A DNA stretch of 64,000 nt from the NCBI GenBank assembly GCA_964016885.1, contig OZ024744.1:32178001-32242000 (forward strand), given 5' to 3'. Source of the stretch: Eledone cirrhosa. Its lineage: Eukaryota. Made by a program: the position numbers and the translations under genes. The notes beneath the pieces were generated by a model. That model saw only the letters and a list, made by a program, of their open reading frames with translations, made no database searches and was not told the DNA's origin. Of this stretch, positions 9,901 to 19,678 are shown in pieces (position 1 is the first letter of the stretch; every line of letters begins with the position of its first letter).

Positions 9901-10367
9901 ACAAGCTCTACAGACATGGGCGCCCGGGCAGGGACCCTGCAAAAAAGATCTGTCCGAGGTGCGTGCGAGACGAAGAAACCGTCGCGCACGCATTCATACA
10001 CTGCCCGGGCGTCACTGACCTGTGGGGCTATGTGGAACGACTATTGTCGCGGGTGGGACCAATCCAGTTGACCACCGAGTCCATTGTCATGATCAAACCG
10101 CCACCCTCCTTCAAAAACGAAGGAGAGGCGGTTTTCCTTTGTGTGATAGCTATGGCGAAAGAGGTTGTATGGTGGACAAGGTTGAAAGGGCTGAGGTCAG
10201 ACACCTTTCTCTCCGGCCAACAACTGATTCTTTTTTTCAAATACCACTTTGGAAGAAGAATCAGGATGGAGAGAGAGGTGCTGTACCCCAGCAAGTTTTA
10301 TGAAAGGTGGGTGAAAGTGGCGAGAATGGCCCGAGTGAATGGGCCTTCTCTCTATATCAGCCTGTAG
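6930..10367 (+). CDS. LINE ORF2: APE endonuclease, reverse transcriptase and C-terminal zinc finger (1145 aa)
   Basis: APE motifs NVRGL, CES, YAP, GDWN, SDH; GPGYWKLN linker; RT motifs KSPGLDG, NFRPITLLN, DQSKAFDRV, RQGCPLS, YADD, KLLGV; GGLG; CPRC...ETVAHAFIHC. Confidence 0.97.
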   Translation: MANIRVGCVNVRGLGMPWKQGKLLNDLRSHSLDVVAICESRIHGERQLAPIFDDFEIYASLCQPGGGGGVAVLLRKHLGLVTQTVHLDPEGRLVVLDVDGSEGGAFRLVAAYAPSGTPRPDFFKRLETFLGTSRSLLLVGDWNGILDARWDYVGACPDKGGCNSLKQLIDRFDLADRYRLDFPTAPLWTWSNRSGTSRSYRDRVLVRNKDRDMLSCPQMFMVAYSDHKLVTCMANLDRTHRQGPGYWKLNLSLPTSKAYSRRISTLVKQHLTGAIVNNRWWYSLKRAVRLDSIVFSKELALDRNRTEKELVDKVEEAIRSGNVASVLATRTALDQFFDAKHEGCVVRSKIRALGNEGAKAVSWARVTEAKSGNKSTIRSLKDQNGRVIREPKQMCAAFQRHFARLFGGSGAPGEAMDFGPYLDGLPRLSDSEAKFCEKPISATEIGDALSQCGKRKSPGLDGLPYEFYVAMPDLFSGLLEAVYCNWQQNGRIPNSVTGGVVTLIRKDENKGDDIGNFRPITLLNTELQILAKVLAKRLALVVENLVGEAQTCAIPTRSIHDNLHLMRYIIERVGCKPGFGGALINLDQSKAFDRVDHRYLDAVLEAAGFGPVFRGWIAAMHNSNICSRVKVNGYLSEPFHITRSIRQGCPLSSLLYVLTLEPLLRKLELLQGIPLEPGLRKAASAYADDVTVMVSSASQIEEVGTLLKEYESLTGAKLNRDKSIGLQLGSWRGRPMPSDGVVGRWTEGPVKLLGVWFGPDLQVEKNWNEVTAKVFALTQKWAECKLSLKGRAEVANTFIASAIYYRLTVVPCPAKTLAKMERALFRFLWKRRAPLVRRSICCQHPSNGGLGMPWLTMRKHALRLRHLYVFLTGQPVWAPFVRRAFPRLVSLTELQSWVKQRPRKMGDWHIECAQALTALWQADPAISGDSTSSFYRGLVRSKCDDALGETLGVEEDELASLFGRTFRPGPMDNFQKSLAWQCYRGALPVRDKLYRHGRPGRDPAKKICPRCVRDEETVAHAFIHCPGVTDLWGYVERLLSRVGPIQLTTESIVMIKPPPSFKNEGEAVFLCVIAMAKEVVWWTRLKGLRSDTFLSGQQLILFFKYHFGRRIRMEREVLYPSKFYERWVKVARMARVNGPSLYISL

Positions 10368-10831
10368 GTTGAGGAAAAGGAGGAGGAGAGGAAAGGAGTA
10401 CAAGCTCTTCGTACTCCTGGAGATGAGGGTTGCACATTTTTTTCGGGGGTCTGTGTTACCCATATAAACTGTCTCCCTCTATTGGGGAAAATCGACTAAC
10501 TTTTAAATTCCATCTGTGATAACATTTTACACGTTTTTATTGTATGTAAACTTCCCCCTTTGTATTTGTCCCCTTCTTTTGTGCCCCTGTGGCTAATAAA
10601 GAAATATATCTATCAGATGTGTGTAACTTCGCGGAGAAGTTTCCGTTAATTTATGTAAGAAAAAAACGTGAGTTTTTAGTTAAATTTTATATCATTGTGT
10701 AACTTGACCCCCCGTCTGGAACTACAGGTGGTGGGTCAACGCATTTTCCCCCTACAGGGGCGGAATATCCATTTAAAAATTTTTTTCTCCATCGAATCTT
10801 GGAAAAAATATTGTAAAATTTTGATTACGTT

Positions 10832-12742
10832 ATGAACGCTGCGTCCAACGATAATGGTGGTGGAGAGGCGGTAAGACTACAAAGCTCGCAGTCAACAACG
10901 TCTTCTTCACAAGATACTATAGAGATGGAAAGACGAAATGAAAATGTAAAAACGAATTCATATCCAAACAACACAAATGACACCAAACAATTCAATGACA
11001 ACAAAAATAACAGCAACACCAATAATGATGATAAAAGTAACAATGATAACAACAACAAAGAAAAAAATTAAGACAACACCTATAACACCAGCATCAAAGA
11101 CAACAACACCAAGGAACATACGAATAATACCAACATCGGTGACAACAAGAATAACAACATCAATAACAACAATAATGACAACACCAACAACACGGATTCC
11201 ACAAAGAAACCAAAAATCTCCTTTGCAGAAAAGTTCAAAAAAAGGAGGAATTGATATATCTCGACATAACAAATGCTGAACAACTTTCAAAGGACGCTAA
11301 GAGATATGTCATTTTCGAAAAAATGGTGCTTTCAAGATCCATTCTCCGGTAGAAATTCGCAAGGAAACTGCTCTCAAAACGATAGTTTTTAGGACAGTTT
11401 CCAATTCTACCCGAAAACCATTCCAATTGTCACAGAAAGAAATTGAACTGGTTTTCAAAAATTCAATGAATGATATTGCATTCATTCAAAGAAACAAACT
11501 TTTTGGGAGTATTTCGGTACTCATGAAGGATCAATTGACGGCCCCAAATTACTCTGTGTCGCCAATTGTATCCAGCCTGTATACCTTTTTCCCTACATAC
11601 ATGGGAAAAAGGACACAAAAGATCAGAATCACGAGTGTCACACCAAAGGTGAACATATGGTGGATACTGTGCGGCTTCATCAATTTTGATCAAGACAGAA
11701 TACTGTCAGTAGAAAAGTCCCCCAGAGATGTATTCAATGGGACTAGCATTGAAGTTCTGGTGCAAATGAGCCCAGAGCGAATAGCTATGATCCCACAGCG
11801 TGTATTCCTGGACGGACTCACCTACATAAACGTTTCGGTTGAGGGTAAGCGGCCTTCATGTTACCATTGATTAGCAGGGGTCACCTGAGAGCTTCCTGTC
11901 CTAAATTAATGAACCAAAAAAAGGCTCTTCTGCCGACACCCATCAAAACAACACAACCACCAACACCACCACAACAACAACAACACCAACACACAAAAAT
12001 AACCACAACAAACACAGTCCCACCCAACCCCACTCCACCCAAAACCACTGCAAAATCACATACAGACACAACAGCTTCCCAAGACATAGCCCTCCCCAAT
12101 CACACAGACGATACAACAGATGAGGCTATCTCGCCATCACCCAGTGAAGACGAGGGAGAACCCCATCGCTCGAAAAGAAAGAAAAGACATCACAAAAGCA
12201 AAAAACCAGCAAGCACTACCACAAACATACAACCACCAACACTAACAACAAAAACATCACAAACAAAACCCCCACCTCCTGAAAACAAAATACCTACAAC
12301 AAAACGAAAGCACACACAAGAACTACAGATAAAAACAAACACAACACAAGAAAATTACACTTACACTTACATAAACACTGAAAACAAAACACTAATGGAG
12401 ACCATCACGAACGACCCTTCGGTGGAAACCGAAGGGAAAACTTTCGCCCACTCTATTAAAAATAGCAAAAAACTGAACCTAAACCTGATTAGGGTCCCTA
12501 TACAAACTTATAGGTCCCTAAAAGAAACATTTGAGAAGGATGTGGGAAATTCCTGCGTGAAACCACTCAACCGCGTCCTTCTCAAATGTCTCCCCACCCC
12601 AGACACCCCCATCCCACCAGACCCCACCCCACCAAACATCTCCGTCCCCACCCCGCCGGAAACCACCACCCATCCAGACAACCCCTCCAACACCCCCATG
12701 GAAATCGTGCGGCCTGGTCCCCAGGAGGCGAAGGGTGAGTGA
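10832..12742 (+). pseudogene. Disrupted ORF1 of copy 2
   Basis: The same protein as 4980-6896, broken into pieces (10832-11071, 11427-11870, 11858-12742) by stops and frameshifts. Confidence 0.92.
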
Positions 12743-12775
12743 TCTCTTTTCCTCTTTTAACTTTTCAGCACCAAC

Positions 12776-15700
12776 ATGGCCAATATAAGAGTTGGATGTG
12801 TGAACGTACGCGGCCTGGGGATGCCCTGGAAACAGGGCAAACTCTTAAACGACCTCAGGTCGCACAGTATGGGTGTGGTAGCCATTTGCGAGTCCAGGAT
12901 CCACAGCGAGCGACAGCTGGCCCCCATCTTCGATGACTTTGAGATCTACGCATCTCTCTGTCAAACGGGGGTTGGAGGCGGAGTTGCCGCTTTGCTGCGG
13001 AAACACCTGGGCCTCGTAACACAGACGGTACATCTGGACCCGGAGGGTCGACTGGTGGTCCTAGACGTTGACGGTAGTGAAGGTGGAGCCTTCAGGCTGG
13101 TGGCCGCATATGCCCCATCCGGGACACCGCGGCCAGACTTCTTCAAACGTCTAGAGACTTTTCTAGTAACGTTCCGCTACTTGCTTTTAGTGGGGGGACT
13201 GGAATGGAATCCTAGATGCACGTTGGGACTATGTGGGAGCATGTCCCGATAAAGGGGGGTGTAACAGCCTCAAACAGTTAATCGACCGATTTGACCTGGC
13301 CGATAGATATCGACTAGATTTTCCGACTGCGCCACTGTGGACGTGGAGTAATCGTAGCGGAACATCTAGATCGTACCTAGATAGGGTTCTAGTTAGAAAT
13401 AAGGATAGGGACATGTTAAGCTGTCCACAAATGTTCATGGTTGCCTATTCAGATCACAAACTAGTGACCTGCATGGCCAACCTTGATAGAACCCATAGAC
13501 AAGGACCCGGCTACTGGAAGCTGAACTTGTCGTTACCGACAAGCAAAGCCTACAGTAGACGGATTAGCACTTTAGTTAAACAACACTTGACAGGGGCCAT
13601 TGTCAACAACAGATGATGGTACTCTCTCAAGAGGGCAGTTAGATTAGACTCGATAGTTTTTAGTAAAGAATTAGCGTTAGATAGAAATAGAACCGAGAAG
13701 GAACTGGTAGATAAAGTAGAAGAGGCAATTAGAAGTGGCAACGTAGCCAGCGTGCTAGCAACGAGAACGGCCTTGGACCAGTTCTTCGACGCAAAGCACG
13801 AGGGCTGCGTTGTCAGAAGCAAAATACGTGCTCTGGGAAACGAGGGAGCCAAAGCTGTTAGCTGGGCCCGAGTGACGGAGGCAAAAAGTGGCAACAAGTC
13901 CACGATTCGGTCTTTGAAGGACCAAAACGGACGCGTGATACGTGAGCCGAAGCAGATGTGTGCGGCTTTTCAGCGGCACTTTGCTCAGCTGTTCGGGGGG
14001 GGGGAGGCTATGGATTTCGGTCCATACCTCGACGGCCTACCGCGACTCTCGGACAGCGAGGCAAAGTTCTGCGAAAAGCCGATTTCAGCCACTGAGATAG
14101 GGGACGCGCTGAGCCAATGCGGCAAACGAAAATCTCCAGGTCTCGACTGTCTACCCTACGAATTTTACGTAGCAATGTCGGACTTATTCTCCGGTCTCCT
14201 GGAAGCGGTCTACTGCAACTGGCAACAGAACGGGAGAATTCCCAGTTCTGTAACCAGGGGCGTGGTCACACTAATCAGGAAGGACGAGAATAAGGGGGAT
14301 GACATAGGCAACTTCCGGCCCATAACTCTGCTAAACACAGAGTTACAGATTTTGGCCAAGGTGTTGGCAAAGAGGCTGGCGCTTGTCGTCGAGAACCTGG
14401 TGGGAGAAGCGCAGACATGCGCAATCCCGACCAGGTCCATACACGACAACCTCCACCTCATGCGATACATCATAGAGAGGGTAGGGTGTAAACACGGCTT
14501 CGGTGGGGCCCTGATCAACTTGGATCAGTCTAAGGCTTTCGATAGGGTTGACCATCGTTACCTGGATGCGGTGCTCGAGGCGGCAGGCTTCGGACCTGTG
14601 TTCAGGGGCTGGATTACTGCAATGCACAGCAGCAACATCTGCTCAAGGGTCAAGGTGAACGGCTACCTCTCGGAGCCGTTCCATATTACGCGATCCATTC
14701 GACAGGGATGCCCTCTCTCCCCCCTTCTGTACGTACTGACTCTCGAGCCACTACTGCGGAAGCTGGAGCTATTGCAGGGCATCCCTTTGGAACCGAGACT
14801 GCGGAAAGTGGCGTCGGCACCTTACTGAAGGAATACGAAAGTCTCACATGAGCGACGCTGAACCGGGACAAGTCCATCGGTTTGCAACTCGGATCGTGGA
14901 GAGGCAAACCGATGCCTTCCGATGGCGTCGTCGGACGCTGGACGGAAGGACCGTTAAAGCTGCTCGGGGTCTGGTTTGGTCCGGACCTCCAGGTGGAGAA
15001 GAACTGGAACGAAGTGACGGCCAAGGTGTTTGCACTCACCCAGAAGTGGGCCGAGTGCAAACTATCCTTGAAAGGTCGAGCGGAGGTGGCGAACACTTTT
15101 ATAGCGTCCGCCATCTACTACCGCTTGACCGTCGTGGCTTGTCCAGCCAAAATGGAGCGCGCGCTCTTCCGATTCCTTTGGAAGAGGCGGGCTCCTTTGG
15201 TGAGAAGATCCATCTGCTGCCAACACCCTTCTAACGGAGGGCTGGGGATGCCGTGGTTGACGATGCGCAAACACGCGCTCAGGCTGCGGTATCTCTACGT
15301 ATTCCTCACCGGACAACCGGTGTGGGCCCCGTTCGTGAGGCGAGCCTTCCCACGACTCGTCTCACTGACCGAGCTGCAGTCCTGGGTCAAGCAAAGACCT
15401 AGGAAAATGGGCGACTGGCACATCGAATGTGCTCAGGGGCTCACAGCCCTCTGGCAGGCGGACCCGGCAATCAGTGGAGACTCCACTTCGTCATTCTATA
15501 GAGGGTTGGTCCGCAGCAAGTGCGACGACGCGCTCGGTGAAACTCTAGGCGTAGAGGAAGATGAACTGGCCAGTCTGTTCGGTAGGACCTTCCGCCCGGG
15601 ACCGATGGACAACTTCCAAAAGTCCCTGGCCTGGCAGTGCTACCGAGGACCTCTACCAGTTCGAGACAAGCTCTACAGACATGGGCGCCCGGGCAGGGAC

Positions 15701-16130
15701 CCTGCAAAAAAGATGTCCGAGGTGCGTGCGTAACGAAGAAACCGTCGCGCACGTATTCATACACTACCCGGGCGTCACTGACCTGTGGGGCTATGTTGAA
15801 CGACTATTGTCGCGGGTGGGACCAATCCAGTTGACCACCGAGTCCATTGTCATGATCAAACCGCCACCCTCCTTCAAAAACGAAGGAGAGGCGGTTTTCC
15901 TTTGTGTGATAGCTATGGCGAAAGAGGTTGTATGGTGGACAAGGTTGAAAGGGCTGAGGTCAGACACCTTTCTCTCCGGCCAACAACTGATTCTTTTTTT
16001 CAAATACCACTTTTGAAGAAGAATCAGGATGGAGAGAGAGGTGCTGTACCCCAGCAACTTTTATGAAAGGTGGGTGGAAGTGGCGAGAATGGCCCGAGTG
16101 AATGGGCCTTCTCTCTATATCAGCCTGTAG
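12776..16130 (+). pseudogene. Disrupted ORF2 of copy 2
   Basis: +1 G at ~13192, TGG>TGA at 13614, a 12-bp loss at ~14000, a 58-bp deletion of YADD at ~14813, a 12-bp deletion at ~15146, a 2-bp deletion at ~15715 and a stop at 16014. Confidence 0.95.
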
Positions 16131-16384
16131 GTTGAGGAAAAGGGGGAGGAGAGGAAAGGAGTACAAGCTCTTCGTACTCCTGGAGATGAGGGTTGCACAT
16201 TTTTTTTCGGGGGTATGTGTTACCCATATAAACTGTCTCCCTCTATTGGGGAAAATCGACTAACTTTTTAAATTCCATTTGTGATAACATTTTACACGTT
16301 TTTATTGTATGTAAACTTCCCCCTTTGTATTTGTCCCCTTCTTTTGTGCCCCTGTGGCTAATAAAGAAATATATCTATCTATAT

Positions 16385-16470
16385 TTCTTTCTTTCTTTTT
16401 CTTTCTTTATTTCTCCCTTTCTCTCCTTCTTTCTTTCTTTCTTTCTTTCTTTTTTCTGTCTTTCTTTCTC
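16385..16470. repeat. (CTTT)n-like pyrimidine low-complexity tract
   Basis: Seen directly. Confidence 0.8.
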
Positions 16471-16687
16471 ACTAAATCTCTTTAGCTTGTTTCTCTTTCA
16501 ATCTCTGCTACATTTACAGACACACATACACATACTCACAAATCACACTCACACATATACACAGGCATATAATGAACCATTTCCTTCCGAAACTCTAACA
16601 ATTCTTTCAAACCACCGCCTTTAGTGTAATAGCACATAATGACACATATCAATATATAAATTTTTGTGACTTTCGTCCGTTACACAA

Positions 16688-16723
16688 TGTGTGTGTGTGT
16701 GTTTGTGTGAATGTGTGTGTGTG
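16688..16723. repeat. Interrupted (TG)n microsatellite
   Basis: Seen directly. Confidence 0.85.
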
Positions 16724-16783
16724 TAAAAGGAAGGAAGGAGATGGTGAACAACTATAGCAAAACAGCAGCTTAGCGTTGCATTT

Positions 16784-17864
16784 GCCAAGCGAGACCAGCC
16801 AAGCTCATGGATGTTATCCAACAATCTCGCCTGCCAGTTGTTTTTGACCGTAAAATCTGTCCACTGATTCTTTCCTGAGACATTCAAACCACATGTCCAC
16901 AGTATCATAGCTGTGATCTCTCAATTTAGAGATTTAGTGACTCTACCTGAATTAACTCTGTGATCGCCGAGCTACACACTTTATTGAGTAACGTTACTAC
17001 AAAGACCCTTCGGATGAATCACATTTTGGCTGCTTACGTTCGTGATTGTATTATTTCAGTCATTACCCAAGATTCATGACCATAGGTAAGGGTTTGTACA
17101 TATACGAATTGAAGATAGCGAGTTTGGCTTTTACACCAGCTTCCCTTCTTCTGTTTACTGAATGCTGAAGCCGGTGCATTACTGCACCAACTGATGCAAT
17201 TCTTGCATTTAATTCAGCCACCTGCCTTCCATCACTCGTGAACACGGCTCCGAGATATTTTACCCTATCAAGCTACTTCAGTGAAACTCCATTCACGTGT
17301 AGCATGCACTGCGCAGGCTCCTTTGAGAGGATGAGTGTCTTAGTTTTCACAACACTGATTTTCATTTCAGCTATTATGTAACACTCGGCATCAAACCTAT
17401 CAAGTGCAAGTCGACGGTCATCTTCTCCCGAGTTGAGTAACAAACACCATGTCATCTGAAAATTCCAGCCGACTGATTTTACACACGTAGGTTCTGAAAC
17501 CACTTGCAATCGGCGGCATATGTCAATCCTTTTCATGTAAATAATTGTTTCTACTATTGGCACAAGGCCAGCAAATCTCAGTACATTACTGGTACTTTAT
17601 TTTATAGACCAATGCAGTGGAGAGGTAACAGTAAGCAAACTTGGCAGAGTCCGTCACCCCATTGAATGGTTTTATTTTAACACCATTTATCCGAACACAA
17701 ATACTCGGGCATTCGTGTAGACATCAGGGCAGCAAGGAACTGACCATCAATTCCATACACCAGCACAACCTTCCACAGCAGGCCCTGAAGAACGCAGTCA
17801 AATGCCTTCTCAAGGTAGACAAAGCAATAATATACTTATTGGAAATACTTCCACGATTTCTTGA
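16784..17864 (-). mobile_element. Decayed RTE-clade (Expander/Rex3-like) LINE fragment: RT core through C-terminal region
   Basis: Manual minus-strand translation across frameshifts: KKSWKY..VYYCFVYLEKAFD..LLW..YGIDG..VRING..GLCQVCLLLPL [SINE] IIYMKRI..FSDD..LALDRFDAEC..MKISVVKTK..YLGAVFTSDG..KAKLAIFNS..WVMTEIIQSR..AAKM..IRRV..TLLNKVCSSAITELIQVE..IERSQL*YCGHVV*MSQERI..LDNIHELGWSRL. Confidence 0.88.
17541..17610 (-). mobile_element. SINE 3' fragment inserted into the RTE RT domain
   Basis: It matches the 3' end of the SINE at 2791-2990 (ttgtttctact...caaggccag...tactggtactttattttat) and interrupts the RTE frame between the QGC..SPL-like motif and IIYM. Confidence 0.7.
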
Positions 17865-18212
17865 TGGTGGTGGTGGTGGTGGTGGTGGTGGTGGTGGTGG
17901 TATATGGTGGTGGTGGCGGTGGGGTATGGTGGTGGTGGGGTATGGTGGTGGTGGTATATGGTGGTGGTGGAGTATGGTCGTGGGGGGGGGGGGAATGGTG
18001 GTGGTGGTGTTGGTGTATGGTGGTGGTGGTGTATGGTGGTGGTGGTGGGGTATGGTGCTGGTGATGTATGGTGGTGGTGGGGTGGGGGTGGGGTGGAGTA
18101 TGGTGATGGTTGGGGTGGGGGTGGAGTATGGTGGTGGTGGGGTATGGTGGTGGTGGTAGTGGTGTATGGTGGCGGTGTATGGTGGTGGTGGTGGTGTGGT
18201 GGGGTGGTGGGT
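17865..18212. repeat. (GGT)n / GGTAT-rich low-complexity tract with G runs
   Basis: Seen directly. Confidence 0.9.
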
Positions 18213-18370
18213 TGTTAGGGGTTAGCTGAGAGTTTGGAAGGGTTGGGGAACAACTGGGTAGGAGAGATGCGTGATGTGAGGTGGGGTGGGGTGAGGTGGA
18301 TTAGGTTACAACCTGAATGTCGTGTCTGTCTGGAAGTCAATATTATTTTCCGTCTCTTGCTCCTTGTAAT

Positions 18371-19228
18371 CTACCACCACATCAACTACCACCTCACTAC
18401 CACTACCACCACAACTACCACCTGCACTGCCACCACAACTAGCACCGTACTACCACCACAACTAGCACCTCACTACCACCACAACTAACAACTCACTACC
18501 ACTACAACTACCACCTCACTACCACTACCACCACAACTAGCACCGTACTACCACCACAACTAGCACCTCACTACCACCACAACTAACAACTCACTGCCAC
18601 TACAACTACCACCTGCACTACCACCATATCTACCACCTCACTAACACCACCACAACTACCACCACAACTACCACCTGTACTACCGCTACAACTACCACCT
18701 CACTACCACCACGACCACAACTACCACCTGCACTACCACCACAACTAGCACCTTACTACCACCTGCACTACCGCCACAACTAGTACCTCACTACCACCAC
18801 AACTACCACCTGCACTACCACCACAACTACCACCTGCACTACCACCACATCTACCACCTGACTACCACCACCACCACTACCACCACAACTACCACCTGCA
18901 CTACCGCCACATCTACCACCTGCACTACTACCACAAATAGCACCTCACTACCACCACAACTATCCCCACAACTACCACAACTACCACCTGCACTACAGCC
19001 ACATCTACCACCTCACTACCACCACCACCACAACTACCACGTGCTCTACCTCTACAACTATCACCACCACTACCAACACCAATTCCACCACTACCACCAC
19101 CAAAACCACCACTACCACGACCATTACCACGACTACCACAACTACACCCTACAACAACACCACAACAACTAACACAACCACTACCAACACCATCACCAAT
19201 AACACCACAACCACATCAACAACAACTA
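18371..19228. repeat. ACC/ACT-rich degenerate minisatellite (~20-21-bp unit actaccaccacaactaccacct(g)c)
   Basis: The unit recurs throughout, and a ~60-bp block is duplicated at ~18438 and ~18536. Confidence 0.85.
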
Positions 19229-19231
19229 GTT

Positions 19232-19333
19232 ACTACTACTACTACTACTACAACTACTACTACTACTACTATAACAACAACAACAAATACTACTACTACT
19301 ACTACTGCTACTGCTATAACAACAACAACAACA

Positions 19334-19366
<33 letters not shown>
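19232..19366. repeat. Compound (ACT)n/(ACA)n microsatellite
   Basis: Seen directly. Confidence 0.95.
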
Positions 19367-19371
<5 letters not shown>

Positions 19372-19678
19372 CGTCCTCTCAAGAAGCTTACGCAGTGCAT
19401 TCTACATGTAAATGGAGTTCCACTGAAGCAGGTAGAGAAGTTCAAGTATCTCGGGGCAGTGTTCACGAGTGATGGAAGCAGGAGACTGAATAAGTGCAAG
19501 AATTGAAAAAGCAGGTGTAGTTATGCACCAGCTTCAGCATTCAGTAAACAGAAGTGAAGTAGGTGTTAAAGCCAAACTTACTGTCTTCAATGCGATATTC
19601 GTGCCAACTCTTCCTTATGGTCATGAATATTGGGTAATAACCGAAAGAATACGAGCGTGAATACACGCGGCCAAGTTT
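19367..19678 (+). mobile_element. Decayed RTE-clade LINE fragment leading directly into the satellite
   Basis: TQCILHVNGVPLKQVEKFKYLGAVFTSDG...ARIEKAGVVMHQLQHSVNRSEVGVKAKLTVFNAIFVPTLPYGHEYWVITERIRA*IHAA. It is roughly 80% identical by eye to the reverse complement of ~17025-17336. Confidence 0.9.

Larger units (their letters stand above)
4763..10606 (+). mobile_element. Full-length L1/Tx1-clade non-LTR retrotransposon, copy 1 (both ORFs open)
   Basis: 5' UTR, ORF1, ORF2 (APE-RT-zinc finger) and a 3' UTR with AATAAA at 10595-10600. TATC repeats flank both ends, and the boundaries are defined by alignment with copy 2. Confidence 0.95.
10615..16371 (+). mobile_element. Full-length Tx1-like LINE, copy 2 (decayed), in tandem with copy 1
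   Basis: Colinear with copy 1 from the 5' UTR to AATAAA (16360-16365), separated from it by only (TATC)2, and followed by tatctatctata. Confidence 0.95.

Noticed and set aside
4645-10606. LTR retrotransposon (terminal direct repeats at 4645-4717 and 10533-10605)
   Set aside because: The repeat is a LINE 3' end with AATAAA, not TG...CA. The protein is APE-RT with no protease or integrase.
18213-18226. Telomeric TTAGGG
   Set aside because: One copy plus a partial copy in G/T-rich sequence, expected by chance.
17641-18488. Gly/Val/Trp-rich ORFs resembling structural proteins
   Set aside because: They are translations of the (GGT)n tract in all three frames, partly antisense to the RTE remnant.
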